Below are positions 11,493-23,700 of a stretch of 32,876 bases of DNA, one piece after another. The DNA lies in assembly GCA_900617105.1 (NCBI GenBank), contig UYFQ01000296.1, positions 1 through 32,876 on the forward strand. The letters are read 5' to 3'. Position numbers and translations under genes: made by a program. Under the pieces are notes generated by a model. It searched no databases and was not told where the DNA came from. It saw only the letters and a list, made by a program, of their open reading frames with translations. Positions within the stretch are counted from its first letter, which is position 1. Each line of letters opens with the position of its first letter. Source of the DNA: Hydrurus foetidus (taxonomy: Eukaryota).

Positions 11493-12627
11493 ATGGCTAC
11501 TGAAGATACCGTTGTCACCGTGAATTTCATATTCGCCAACTATGAGCGGAAAGTTGTCTTGACTACATCTCTACTTACGTCTGGATATGAATTAAAGACT
11601 CAACTTGTGGAAAATTGGCCTCAAGGTTAGGGTTTACTGTATCTGTCGCATCTCGTCAAAACAATTCTTTTTTTTGCTGTTACTGCTGAGAATTCCACTC
11701 AATTACTTCTTCGCCCTTACATCTCTCATGGGAGTGATGTACCTGAGTCCAGCCATTTAAACTGCGACGTTGTCAAGCTGCAGCTTTTAAAGCGAGTACT
11801 GCTACTTCAAACACTTACTGTTTATGACGAAGTCCATCATAATCGAGTGCGCTTTACTATGCTCATTCTGGTCATCCAGCTGAGATCGCTATCTCAAAGT
11901 GCATAACACTTATTTCGTATCTTGAAACTATCAGACATACCGATATGCGAAGACATGTCCAGAATTCGCATGATATGCATGGGAAACGGATTTCTAACTG
12001 ACGAGAAAATACTGGGTGTGTACAATGATTTATTTCAATTGCTGCTACGTGACTTCTTTTATTCCGATGATAAAACTTGATGAAGATAGTAGTGATGTTT
12101 AGTAAACGCAGTGTTGCTGCACCCTTGTCACTGTACAGAGCACAGTACCGACTGCTTTATTGGTTTTGTCTTCTCTGGATCCTCTATCTCTGAATCTATA
12201 GAAGAAGAGAACTGAGTTTGAACCTATGATTTGTGAACCACGTCACTGCTTAAATTCGCATTTTTTCAATCTCAACACTACAACCCTCATGACCATCCCC
12301 ACAAACATTATCAGGCCCCATCTTTACTTCATCATTATTCAACATTATTAAATAGGGCCGAAGTTTCCCATCTTCGCGCACCCCACCCCTATCAACGTGT
12401 CTATCCGGCCCCAACAAGCGCCTTCAAAATCCCTTAAGGGCCCAGCCTCGTACGCCACGTCAGGTACATCCGTGACGACCCTCTATGGGGTGCCCCCTAT
12501 CACATCGAGTTCCATGAGTCCGGCAGCCATGGTGTGTGACAGTTCCAATCAGAGAGTGAGTCAGACAGGGTCTCGGTCCCGGTCCGGCCCGTCTGGCCGG
12601 GGGGGAGGATGCTGTGTGGTGAATTAG
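11493..12627 (+). CDS. Membrane-anchored ubiquitin-fold protein (MUB/UBL3-like), 161 aa, C-terminal CCVVN prenylation box
   Basis: Exons 11493-11625, 11935-12015, 12356-12627 (486 nt; both introns phase 1). Reads MATEDTVVTVNFIFAN...ELKTQLVENWPQDIPICEDMSRIRMICMGNGFLTDEKILG...PTPINVSIRP...GGGCCVVN*. The WP, R-x-I-x-x-G and terminal CCaaX pattern is typical of MUB/UBL3. Confidence 0.85.
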
Positions 12628-14379
12628 CAAACCCAGTCACGATGATCATCGTACCAAATAATGGACCTACACGCATACACTCCATTCCCACCATCGAGAT
12701 GACATTGGAAATCAAATGGAAAGATTCGATGCTATTTCATTTCATCTGATTTGGTTTGCATTGTTCCGTTTCTTTTTGAGAGATATTCGGACATGGTTCA
12801 CAGCTCATACGCGGAATAAAGAGAGGTGACGAAAAGATTAAACAATTTCGTTATTTCATGAAACTTTGACCGCACTAGTGGTCGGTCAGCAGCATGGTTC
12901 TGAATAGAGGATAGGAGAGAGAGAGGACAAAGGAGAGATAAAAGTCAAGACAAAGAAGAGACGAGTCGATGGATTAAGAGTGTCTAGCTGGCCGCGCTAT
13001 CCTCTCTTCTCGAAGAACTTTCTTTTCTGTTATGTTCTCTTCCTTTTCTAATGATGGCTTGGCTTACCTTGCTCTGCTGTGCCCCACTCCTATTCCTATT
13101 CTGCGTTGTTACGGTTCTGATCCACTCCTCTGCAGTGAGTGATGATACTGTAGTTTACGATACTTGTCTACCGCGTGTGCCAGGATGGGATTGAATAGAT
13201 AGTCGCTAGGTTAGCATCGAGTGCAGCAGTGCTGTAGAGCAGTGTGTGCACCACATCACACCACACCTTACCATACCGTATACAACAGAGCATAGAGCTT
13301 CGTCTAGTTCCTACTCATTCGATACAGTTCAATTACGCATAGTTCAAAGCGACTAACTGTCCTCAGCTAACAGCGAAGAATACCACACCGCACCGCATCA
13401 CATCACATTGGAGTGCTCCTCTGTGACCAGATAGAATTGAACGGGTCAGAGGGGCAGGACAGGGAGCAACATTACGCTGCGAAGGAAGTCCACTTCCATG
13501 ACAAGCTGACTCCTCTGCAAGCAGAAAGCCCTTGTGACTTCGTACATTCTCCACAATAAATTCAACTCAGTCAACATTGGGTTCGTATCCGCATGCTGAT
13601 CACTGAACCGAATTGCCTTCGCTCAAAATCATTTCATCACTCTCACATCTCACATACATTTTTCTTTCCTTTTTGGTGCCAGATCAGTTTACAGCACTGT
13701 GCTGCAGTGATCCTTTCAATTTAATTCCCTTCGCCTTAGCAGGAATTCGGAGTTTTAGTTGCGATAATAATTGTTTTGTCACTATTGTAATAACAACGTT
13801 TAAATCAATTTCAATCGAAATCTGATTTCATGCGATTTTAATGATAGCTCCAGCGTCCGAATTTTCATGGCACATAACTGTGTCACATCTGTGTTGCAGT
13901 TTGCATACGTTTACGCGGATTGTTATACCCAACGCCAAAATTTCTTGGCGCATATCATCTATGAAAACATCGAGATGATTTAACCTTCGAGTGATTTGGC
14001 GAATAGGCACGACTTCCTCGAATTGGCCAAAAGCTACCATAAACGGCTCCTGGAAAAGTTGTCGCCAAAAGGTTCATTCTCAGTACATGCAAAGCATAAA
14101 GTACCTACCAATGAACGTGCGGGCGTAACGGTTAAAGGAAGAATTGGTTTGGGGGGTCCAAAAAAACCAAAAGTGAAGAAGTACGCGTGAAATCCATTCC
14201 TCAGTTGTTTCTGTTTCAAAAATTTCGAAGCTTTGATTTTTCGATCCATTTTGGCCAAAAATTGTTTTCGGACTGGGAGCTGCACCAACATTCAGTGTCG
14301 ATCGCACCCATCTCCATCTCACCCCTCACAGAAGACTTCCACCAAGTTCCACAAGTCACCGCGCAGAATATCTCCAAAA

Positions 14380-16478
14380 ATGGTGAGCGATGAAGTTCCT
14401 CAATAAATTTTCGTAACTATTTCAGAGACCTGCTTGCGCCACATTGAATTCATCACTCAGCCTCTTTTCCCCACCCAAAACAGGCTCAACACTATGACAT
14501 TAAAATATGCTGCATGGGTGCTGGATATGTCGGTGGCCCAACCATGGCAGTCATAGCTGCGAAATCTCCAAACGTTAAAGTCACCGTGGTCGATCTCTCT
14601 GAGAAGCAAATTGCTGCGTGGAACAGTTCTAAACTACCTATTTATGAGCCTGGACTTGATGCGCTCGTACAGTCTGTTCGCGGAAAGTAAGAATTATGCC
14701 ATCCCAATACAAATCCTTGAAATCAACTCACATCTACTCTCTCCCACCAGGAATTTGTTCTTCTCGACGGATATCAACGCCGCGATTGCTGAGGCAGATA
14801 TTATTTTTGTGAGTGTGAATACACCAACAAAAACAAGTGGTGTCGGCGCCGGAAGAGCAGCCAACATCAAAAATTGCGAACTTTGCGCGCGAAAGATTGC
14901 TGAAGTTGCGACATCCGACAAGATAGTGGTAAGAAAACAACTTCACAATACTTCTTGTCCTGTACAGCTTTCTAAATGATTATTAAATCGACTTCCGCGC
15001 ATCAGGTCGAGAAGTCTACCGTCCCCGTCAGAACTGCTGAGTCAATCAAGCGCGTTCTAGCGTCCGCATCAACGTACAACTTCCAAGTGCTCTCCAACCC
15101 TGAATTTCTCGCGGAGGGTACCGCAGTAGCAGATCTCCTCAGCCCGTCCCGTGTGCTCATCGGAGGCGAGCAGACGCCCGGTGGCCTGAAGGCGATAGAA
15201 ACCCTTGTATCAGTGTATGCCAACTGGGTGCCAAGAGAGAACATTATCACCACCAACCTCTGGTCATCAGAGCTCTCAAAGCTTGTGGCGAACGCCTTCC
15301 TCGCCCAGAGAGTGTCTTCGATCAACTCCATCACTGCGCTCTGTGAGGAGACTGACGCGGACATCGATGAGATCTCACGCGCCATTGGGTCCGACCCCCG
15401 TATTGGTCCGAAATTCTTGAAGGCCTCTGTGGGTTACGGAGGATCGTGCTTCCAAAAAGACATCCTTAACTTGGTGTATATCTGCGAATCCTTCGGCCTC
15501 AAGGAGTGTGCCGACTACTGGCACCAGGTGGTTCTCATGAACGACTACCAGAAGAGAAGATTCGCACACAAAATTGTGCGTTCAATGTTCAACACTGTAA
15601 CTGGAAAGAGAATTGCCATCTTTGGGTTCGCCTTCAAGAAGGATACCGGAGACACCAGAGAGACTGCTGCCGCCTTTGTCATGAAAGATCTCCTTGATGA
15701 AAGAGCAGAGCTCGCAGTCTATGACCCCCAGGTAAACCACGAAGAGTTCATCCCCTAAATCCCCTCTCTCTCCGTCTCTGTCTGTCCCTCCCTCCCCCCT
15801 CTTTTCTATCTCACTCTCCCTCCCTGTCTCTCTCCCTCACACTCTCTTCAGCACGGCTGCATCGCATCGCATTCTTCTTATTTATCCAATCTTTGACTCC
15901 CATTCATTCTACCTTCCTTCCTTCCCTCAGGTGACCCGCGAGGTGATGATGGAGGAGTTCCAATACACCTTGAATGTGACCCCCGCCACTGTGCAAGGAC
16001 TGGACAGCATGATCATCACTTGCTCCTCCGCTGTGCAGGTATGTCTCACATCTTATAAGACGCACTCTACCACTTTACTTCATGTGTCTTTCCGTCCCTA
16101 ACTCTAATTGTTTGCCCATCATAGGCCGCTACGGGTGCCCATGCAATTGCCGTCACCACAGAGTGGGACGAGTTCGCAACCCTGGATTACACGCACATCT
16201 ATGTACGTACTTGTCACCACTCATTCTTCTTCATTTTCTTTGTGTTCGACTGTATCGCATCCAATTGTATTGCCTCATTATGTCTGAAGAGATGACACCG
16301 CCTTTGTTTACGTCAACTATCTCCTCCTCTTCGTAATACCATACAGAGCGTGATGAGCAAGCCCGCCTTTATATTCGATGGACGCAACGTTCTGCCCCAC
16401 GCTGAGCTGAGAGCGATAGGCTTCGAGGTCTACGCCATCGGCAAGCCAACGTGCTCTTCCGGGAAGCCTTTCCACTGA
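14380..16478 (+). CDS. UGDH: UDP-glucose 6-dehydrogenase, 475 aa
   Basis: Exons 14380-14382 (ATG only), 14484-14686, 14751-14928, 15006-15731, 15931-16038, 16125-16202, 16347-16478, total 1428 nt. Motifs: [14 protein letters not shown] (Rossmann), [22 protein letters not shown], catalytic [24 protein letters not shown]. Confidence 0.97.
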
Positions 16479-17608
16479 GGCCTTGGGATGACTGTTCCAT
16501 GTGACTGACATACTTCGAATTGGGCTAACGCTTCTATTTGCCGAGACGTCGACCATCAATCAATTGCGAGGCTCCTCTTCTCCCCCACCCTCTTTCACAA
16601 CCCTTCAACTCACTTCAACTCAACACAACCTTTCCAAATCTTATCTAGAGTCCATCTCCATAGATAGAAAAGATGGAGCCACACTACACTACAGCGCATT
16701 TTATTTCTGTGTTTTTCTGTTACCGAACAAGAAGCACCCTTAGTCGCTGAAATTGATCAGATGAAAGTCTCGGATAAATATAAACTATCTACTTTTCGCT
16801 TTCTCTGAAGAGCCATTTCTTTGCTTTTTTCATGTGCAAATGAAAATGATTCAAAGATTTACTTTACGGAGTCATTGGATGCCTGCCTTGATTCAGATTG
16901 GTCTACTGACTTGGGTCACGAATAATGCGACTTGCTGTAGAACCGGTGGTAACTATTTTGTTCGTGAAGAGTGAACTAATGCAGTCAAGTGATTCCAACA
17001 GACAGCCATCCAAAGTCCCTGATTATTGATAATCTGTCTCCGTGATCTCGATTTAGTAATACTGAGTAAATAAGTGCTTGATCTGGAGATATGAAGGAAG
17101 TTTCATACTGGGAGTGTCAATGGGATCTGTAACATTCATATATTGCCATGGAGAAAATCTAATGATATGTAGAACTCCTCGAAAAGAACTTGTATCATGT
17201 ACAATGACACAAACAGAAAATATGACCCATAATTAAAATGAGTTGTTATCTATTACACTAGTTCTAGGATATTCCACATCTTGTGTGAAGGACAATGTAT
17301 GAAGCATGAAGGTACCCATGAGATCTTGGACCCCCCATCGAATTCAATTTCTCATCAGCCACGCGAAGTGATTCAAGTCAAGTCAAGTGTCGAATTCCTC
17401 TCGATCTTGATCTTCTTCTTCTTCGACTATCCGCGCAATAAGCTAGCGGGATTAAGAACGGACTCCTACAGAAAACGAGACTGTTATCGACCGTAAGGCG
17501 TAACGATTGTCGTTAGGGACTTTCTTATCTCGATATCGGAGGTTGAGGCAGCCCATAAGCATCAGAACACCTAACTGTCTGGCGCATTCGTGTTGGAAGT
17601 TCAAGAGT

Positions 17609-17780
17609 ATGAGCAGACTCTTCTCCCTCATTTTACTTGTTGTCTGTGCGAGCCATGTTGCGGATTCTTTTGGCATCTACGGAAGTAGGCAGTTGACGAG
17701 GAGGCACCAAATAGCTAACACACCAAATCATTTGCAGACCTCTGTGCTTTCATCAAAATGTAGCCTGAAAGCGACACTGT
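17609..17780 (+). other. Bipartite plastid-targeting presequence (signal peptide, Phe, transit peptide)
   Basis: MSRLFSLILLVVCASHVADS/FGIYGSRQLTRR...: hydrophobic core, A-x-S cleavage site, F at +1, then an S/T/R-rich stretch without acidic residues. Confidence 0.75.
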
Positions 17781-20700
17781 CAATGGTGACAACTGATAGA
17801 CCTATTGCAGCGCTACCGATTCACAAGCAGCTAGTGGAAGGGAAATTAGACAATGGCTTTACTTATGTGATCCTCCCTAACTCTGTTCCAGCGGGTCGGT
17901 TTGAGGCTCATTTAGAAGTGCTATCGGGATCGGCACATGAGTTGGAACAGCAGCAAGGTGCTCATTTTTGTGGATGTAATCTTAAACGCCTTATTACAAA
18001 TGCCACTATTTGTGAAGTCCACTGCATATATCTGCGAGAATCATGTACTGTGTATACTCTGCGAGATGCATTTTATCTACGTTATCTTCTACTGTTCTGC
18101 TTTATCTACCCCCACTTCACACTCTGCCAATACCGCTCATCCTACTGCCTAGGAATGGCGCATCTGTTAGAGCATGTCGCGTACATGGGATCTCCTAAGC
18201 GGCAGCTGATTAGCGGCACTGGCTCTAGAACAAACGCGTACACAGACTTTCATCACACAGTATTCTTCGCAGCGTGTCCTACACAGACACCAGATCAATT
18301 CTGGTATGTTGCAACTTCAATCACGAGTATTTTGATTTGTAGCCTGATCTCTCTCTCTCCCGTAAAGTTATTGAAAATCAGGGTGAACAACATTTGAAAC
18401 ATTCTCTCTTCTACTCTACCAACGCGCAACATCTCATAATGTCAACTGCACAGGAAAAAACCCATGCTTCCTATGGCATTAGATGCTTTGCTGGATGTCA
18501 TGACTACCAGGTGGTTTTGAGCTATCTATCTTCAGCATGTCTGCCATAATCTATCTATTTTTCAACATGACTTATCATGAAGGCTGCCATCGCGCTGTTA
18601 CGAAAAGTCGTTGATAGAACGCTCTGAAGATTATCATTAAGGGGGAGTCAGAAACATCAATACCGCCCAGAAGTGGATAACTGACAAGAAAGGCATCGTC
18701 ATTTAAATACGCGTAAACGAAGCTCAGTCTGTAGAATAGCATATTGGTCAGATGTGATATGTTGTACTGTGTTGTACTGTGCTGTATCAGACAAACGGAA
18801 TGGAGCGTATCAGTAGCATAGGATTGTTCTATTGATTACTTCGCATCAGTCTGTTATGCCCTTGACTGCTTGCCATCCTTTCCGACCTGTCGTGCTTTCT
18901 GCACAACACAACACATCTTACACACATCATATCACCCACCACACCCATCTTCCTCGCCCTTCACTTGGTACTGTATCTAATGACTTTCCTCCCATCCTAT
19001 TTCTCTCTGTCAGTGTGGATGAAGATCGGTTAGAGAAAGAGCGAGCAGCTGTGTTGTCAGAGGCTTCCATGGTTAACAAAATGGAGTACAGAGTGGAGTG
19101 CCAAGTGCTCTCTGCTCTGCACAGCGAAAACAGAATATCAACCAGATTTCCCATAGGCAAGGAAAGTCTGATTAAGATATGGCGCAAAGAGGACGTGCAA
19201 CTATACCACAACACCCACTACCGCCCTGACAATGTCATTCTATATATAGTCGGAGACTTAGACACTGCTAGCACCGTTGAGAGCATAAAACAGAAATTCG
19301 GTCACTTGAGTCCCAAGATTGATGCTGCGAAACTGTTGAAGGAGAGCGGAGAATTTCCCGAGTCATCCATGCGTAAGGTGTCGAGACATTTCCCTCCTGT
19401 AGTGCACAGATGGTCATGTCCCGAGTCAAAGGTGTCAACCTTCGTGTCCCCTGAGCTGGCCCTCACTCTAGCCCCTCCTCTCAGTAGAGAGCAGAAGATA
19501 GCAGGAGGCATGCTGCCTAAACCTAGGATATTCAAACACGAGTTGCTCCAGTCCTTCTCCTTCCATCTGTTCGCCAAGCGACCCATTGAGCCGGTCGTGA
19601 CTAGATTCGCCCTGAGGAGAGACATCATGCGCAGAATGGCACTTTCCGCCCTTCAGATTAGATTCAACGTGAACCAGAGACAAGACCCCCTCTTCACATT
19701 CGTTGACTTCAATCAGCTCAACTGGCCGAGAGAGGGTAAGCGAGCCACCCTGTCCGTCCTTATCGTCACTGAAACCAACTCATGCTCTACCATCTACCCT
19801 TTCTTCTTGTCCCTGACATGCCGCGATACATTAAATCAATTAATCGCAATTACCACACTCTGATCAATTATCATCTATTAATTGGCAATCGCTCTCTTTC
19901 TTTCTTTCACATGTATGAAATCCTCTCCTCTTTTCTCGATGTCATTTCTCGTTTCCCGTAGGATGTGCTGTGTGTTCTCTTGACTTGACAACGGAGCCTG
20001 CATCGTGGAAGAGTGCCGTGCAGACAGCTGTGGTGGAGATAAGACGGTTAGGCCTGTTCGGACTCACAGAAAACGAACTGGTGAGATACAAGCAAGCCAT
20101 CATATCAGAGGCAGAGCACTCCGAAGCACAAGCAGATCAGACCAGCAATGAAGACGTACTTGCAGAACTCATGGAAGCCCAGGCATGCGGACATGTTTAC
20201 ATGCACCCCACCCAGAGACTGCAAGCCACCGCCGAGGCCCTCGACTCCATCACACTAGACGACGTCAACATGGTCACTAGAGGTAACAACTGTTACTCCT
20301 CTATCCTCCTTTCCTCCCACTCCACATCATTTCATGCATATTTCACCAGCATTTTTTCTTCTTGCATTGTTCCAACCTTGTATCCTCCCTCACATGCACG
20401 CACAGTGTGTTCCTCCCCACAGGTCACTCTTGCTCTTCTTAATTGTGTGGACCATTATCTTCATATCATATCAAGTCAAGTCAGCACTCACAACCCCCAA
20501 CCCCACCCATTCAGACAACATTCACACACACCTTATCCCTTCTCACCTTTTCCCTTCTCTCTCCCCACTTTCTCCTTCTGCTCGCTTCACATCTTCTCAC
20601 TCAGAGCTGTGTGAGCACCTGAGTCACATCGATCCCTCCGAAGGCGTGAGGCCAGCAGCAGTAATTGCGTGTGCGCCACTGATGACCAGAGACAACTTGC

Positions 20701-23700
20701 CCTTCTCCGTCACTGAAGAAGAGGTAATTTCTTACTTCATCTCTGTCTGTCTGTGTATCTGAAGTGATGATTGTTACTTTCTACCGGCAGCCGTGTTGAT
20801 GTTATTGCCACCAGTGTCGTCACCCCTATCAACTCTGAATAGACAACATTCTTCAGTAGCGTTAATGGACATCATATCTCATCTCACCTAATCGCAGTAC
20901 ATCACAATTGCTATTTACACGCATATGTGCTTGTAGGTAGCGGAGGTGATTGCCTCAGCGATGATGATCGAGTTGGAGCCCCTAGAAGACACCATCGTGC
21001 CGGACACCCTCATCACCCCTGAAGAGCTAGCCATAAAGGCGTCCTTCACTCGTCCTGCTTTCGTCCCTCTTGACGGCAAGGTGAGATCTAAATTCATCTG
21101 AAGTGGAGAATAGGATTGCTGAGTCGCACCTGATTGAAGTCAAACGTGAGAGATTAACACGGTAGAGAAAGCAGCAGCTGGTAGTCGAATTGTGTCGGTT
21201 GTCATTTGTAGCAGGACATTCAAATTAATGGGAATAACAGCAGGAAGATAGCATCCAAGTCGTTTATTTCATTTGCGTAAAGATGTCTGGGTAGACTTCA
21301 TTTCTAGACAACATAGTCATTATTATCATCCATTACTCACAAGGCTGTTCTCAGTCATGGAGTGCATCGTATCGCAGAAAGTGACAATACAGCGATATGT
21401 CCATAAAACACAGTACAACTCTACAAAACCGCCATTCCTATCACACCCATTACATTATCATCATTTTTCTCTTTCTCTCACTCTTCTCAATTCTCTCACT
21501 CTCTTGTTCTCCTTTTTAAAGGCTGCTCTTGAGGGCAAGAATGACATGGGCATCGTGCAGAGGAAGCTGCAGAACGGGCTGAGGGTGAACATGGTCTCCA
21601 TGGGGGACGAACCACAACGCGTGTCCGTACGGCTGTACGTGCCGGGTGGGAGAATGTTGGAGAGCAAGACGAAGCCAGGGAGCGTGCTAGTGGGGTCGAG
21701 AACCGTGCAGGAGGGAGGGGCGTTCTTAGATGTCACCAGGTGAGACAAGAGTGGGAGAAAGAGTGAGAAAGTAGGAAAGAGAGAGAGAATAAAAGAGAAG
21801 AGAGCGTGCAATTGCGGAAGAGTGTGTGTGCATGTGATAGTGAGAGAGAGAGAGAGAGAGAGAGAATCTATCTTCCTTTTTCGTACCTCAACTATATCTA
21901 TGTTAGGGCAGTCTGTCTTTGTGCATCTGCCTTCTTTTGTCTTCACACACGCTAAGTTCTGTCTAACTTCTTGTCCATCCGTCCTCTCTCCTACCATCTC
22001 ATATTGTCTCCTCCTATTTCATATTTTCTCATATTCTCTCATCTCATATCCTCCTTATACTACCTCTGTGCTCTGCGCAGAGAGGAGGTTGAGCTGTTTT
22101 GCATCGACCACCTCGTGATGGTGGACATAGTGGCCAACGAGGAAGCACTCATATTCGACTTTCAAACAGTCACCACTCCCGGTCCAGGAGGCAAAGTAAC
22201 CGGTCTAGAAGCTGTTATGCAGGTTAGCAGAGCATAGGGAGGAGGGGAGAAAGGCGGAGAAGAGAAAAGGGGAGTTAATAATGGGAGAGGGTACAGGGAG
22301 GAAGGAAAGAGATATGAGGGATTAAATGAAGGGATTGAAAGTTAAAGAAAGAAAAGAGGATAGGGATAACTGATACCACAGAGCTTTAGCGCAAAATAGT
22401 GATCAATGCTAAGTAGATATCAGATAGACGGTTGACGAGGGAACAATCATTTGGTATTCCTTACGTGTAGGAGATACGGAGAAACGCTAAACCCTATACG
22501 AGTAACATGATACGGAGAAACACCAATCCCTATACGAGTAACATGACACTACATTGAGTGGCGCTTATATACTTTTATTCTTTACTCCATCTCTCCTGTC
22601 CTCTCACTCGCATCTTACCCATTATATATACTGTACTGTACGTACGTCACAGGTGTTGCACATTATCCTAACAGACTTCAACTATGAAGAAAGTGCATTC
22701 CAGAGAGCAAAACAGGTGCAAATAAATTGAACACCGTTAAATTACTCCATTCTCGTATTATTGTGGGGCATATCTGCTTTACTATACTGTATAGTATTAT
22801 ATTGTAGTGCAGTGTACTGAATTGCACTGTGATGTGCTGTAGTGTACTGCGCTGCACACTACTGTGCTGCCCTCTACTGTGCTGCACTGTTGTACCATAC
22901 AGTACTGCGCTGTACGGTGCTGTATTGTACTGCAGTGTACTGTGCTGTACCGCACTGTGCTGTACGGCACTGCTCATTGGATGCGTACACAGGGAATGTG
23001 TTCTACTCCTCCCTTTTCATCCGCTAACCCTTTCGTTTCTCGGCTGGTTCTTGGTGGTTGTCATGCTCTGTCGCTCCCCAATGACTTGCACCCCTTTCTT
23101 ACAGTCCTGTTATCACTGCCCACACTGTAATGATTATCTCTGACACATTGTTTTCCTCTTCTTCTTCTGAGCCTTGCTACATCATGCCACCGTCAGTCAT
23201 GCATCATGCACCTACATTAAGCACTCTTACGAAGCAGTCTCATCTGGTCAACTGAATTATGTTGAATTAAATAATTCCTCCAGGGCTTTCACGAGCATTT
23301 TGACTCAGTCATCCGATCTCTCGAGAGTGCTTGTCAGGACAAACTCGCAGAGACCCTCAGCGGTGGAGATGCCAGGTACGCAGAGAGAAAGGAAAACAGA
23401 AGAGGAAAGAACCACGTGGATGAGCTCAAGGAATGTGTTGTGTTGCTGATCCCCTTAACAGCACTGCTGGACCCACCCCTATAGACGAGAAGACACGCAC
23501 TAACTGTACAGTAGTGTTCAGTACGGTAAACACGTGTTCAGATTGTCGTATATGAGGGTGGGTCCAGCATAGTGAATCTTCAATAGTACACGTACCTTGA
23601 GTCACGCGACCGCCTGTCTATTTTTTCCTCTTACTTCATTCTTAGACTCCGAATCCAAGTATCTTCTTGTCACCTTCCTTCTCTTTCACTGACTTTGCTT

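Noticed and set aside
16480..17500. Short ORFs between UGDH and SPP
   Set aside because: Consistent with UTR/intergenic sequence; no coding or RNA-gene signature seen.
17507..17608. ORF-track TTG start for SPP, and other GTG/TTG starts in the track
   Set aside because: This is a eukaryotic locus. ATG 17609 begins a clear signal peptide, and most other non-ATG starts lie in introns or inside exons.
22473..22544. 36-bp direct repeat of CRISPR-like length
   Set aside because: Only two adjacent copies, no spacer, no cas genes, eukaryotic intron.
22678..23143. Cys-rich or VQHS-repeat ORFs on both strands
   Set aside because: Same pentamer repeat inside an SPP intron.
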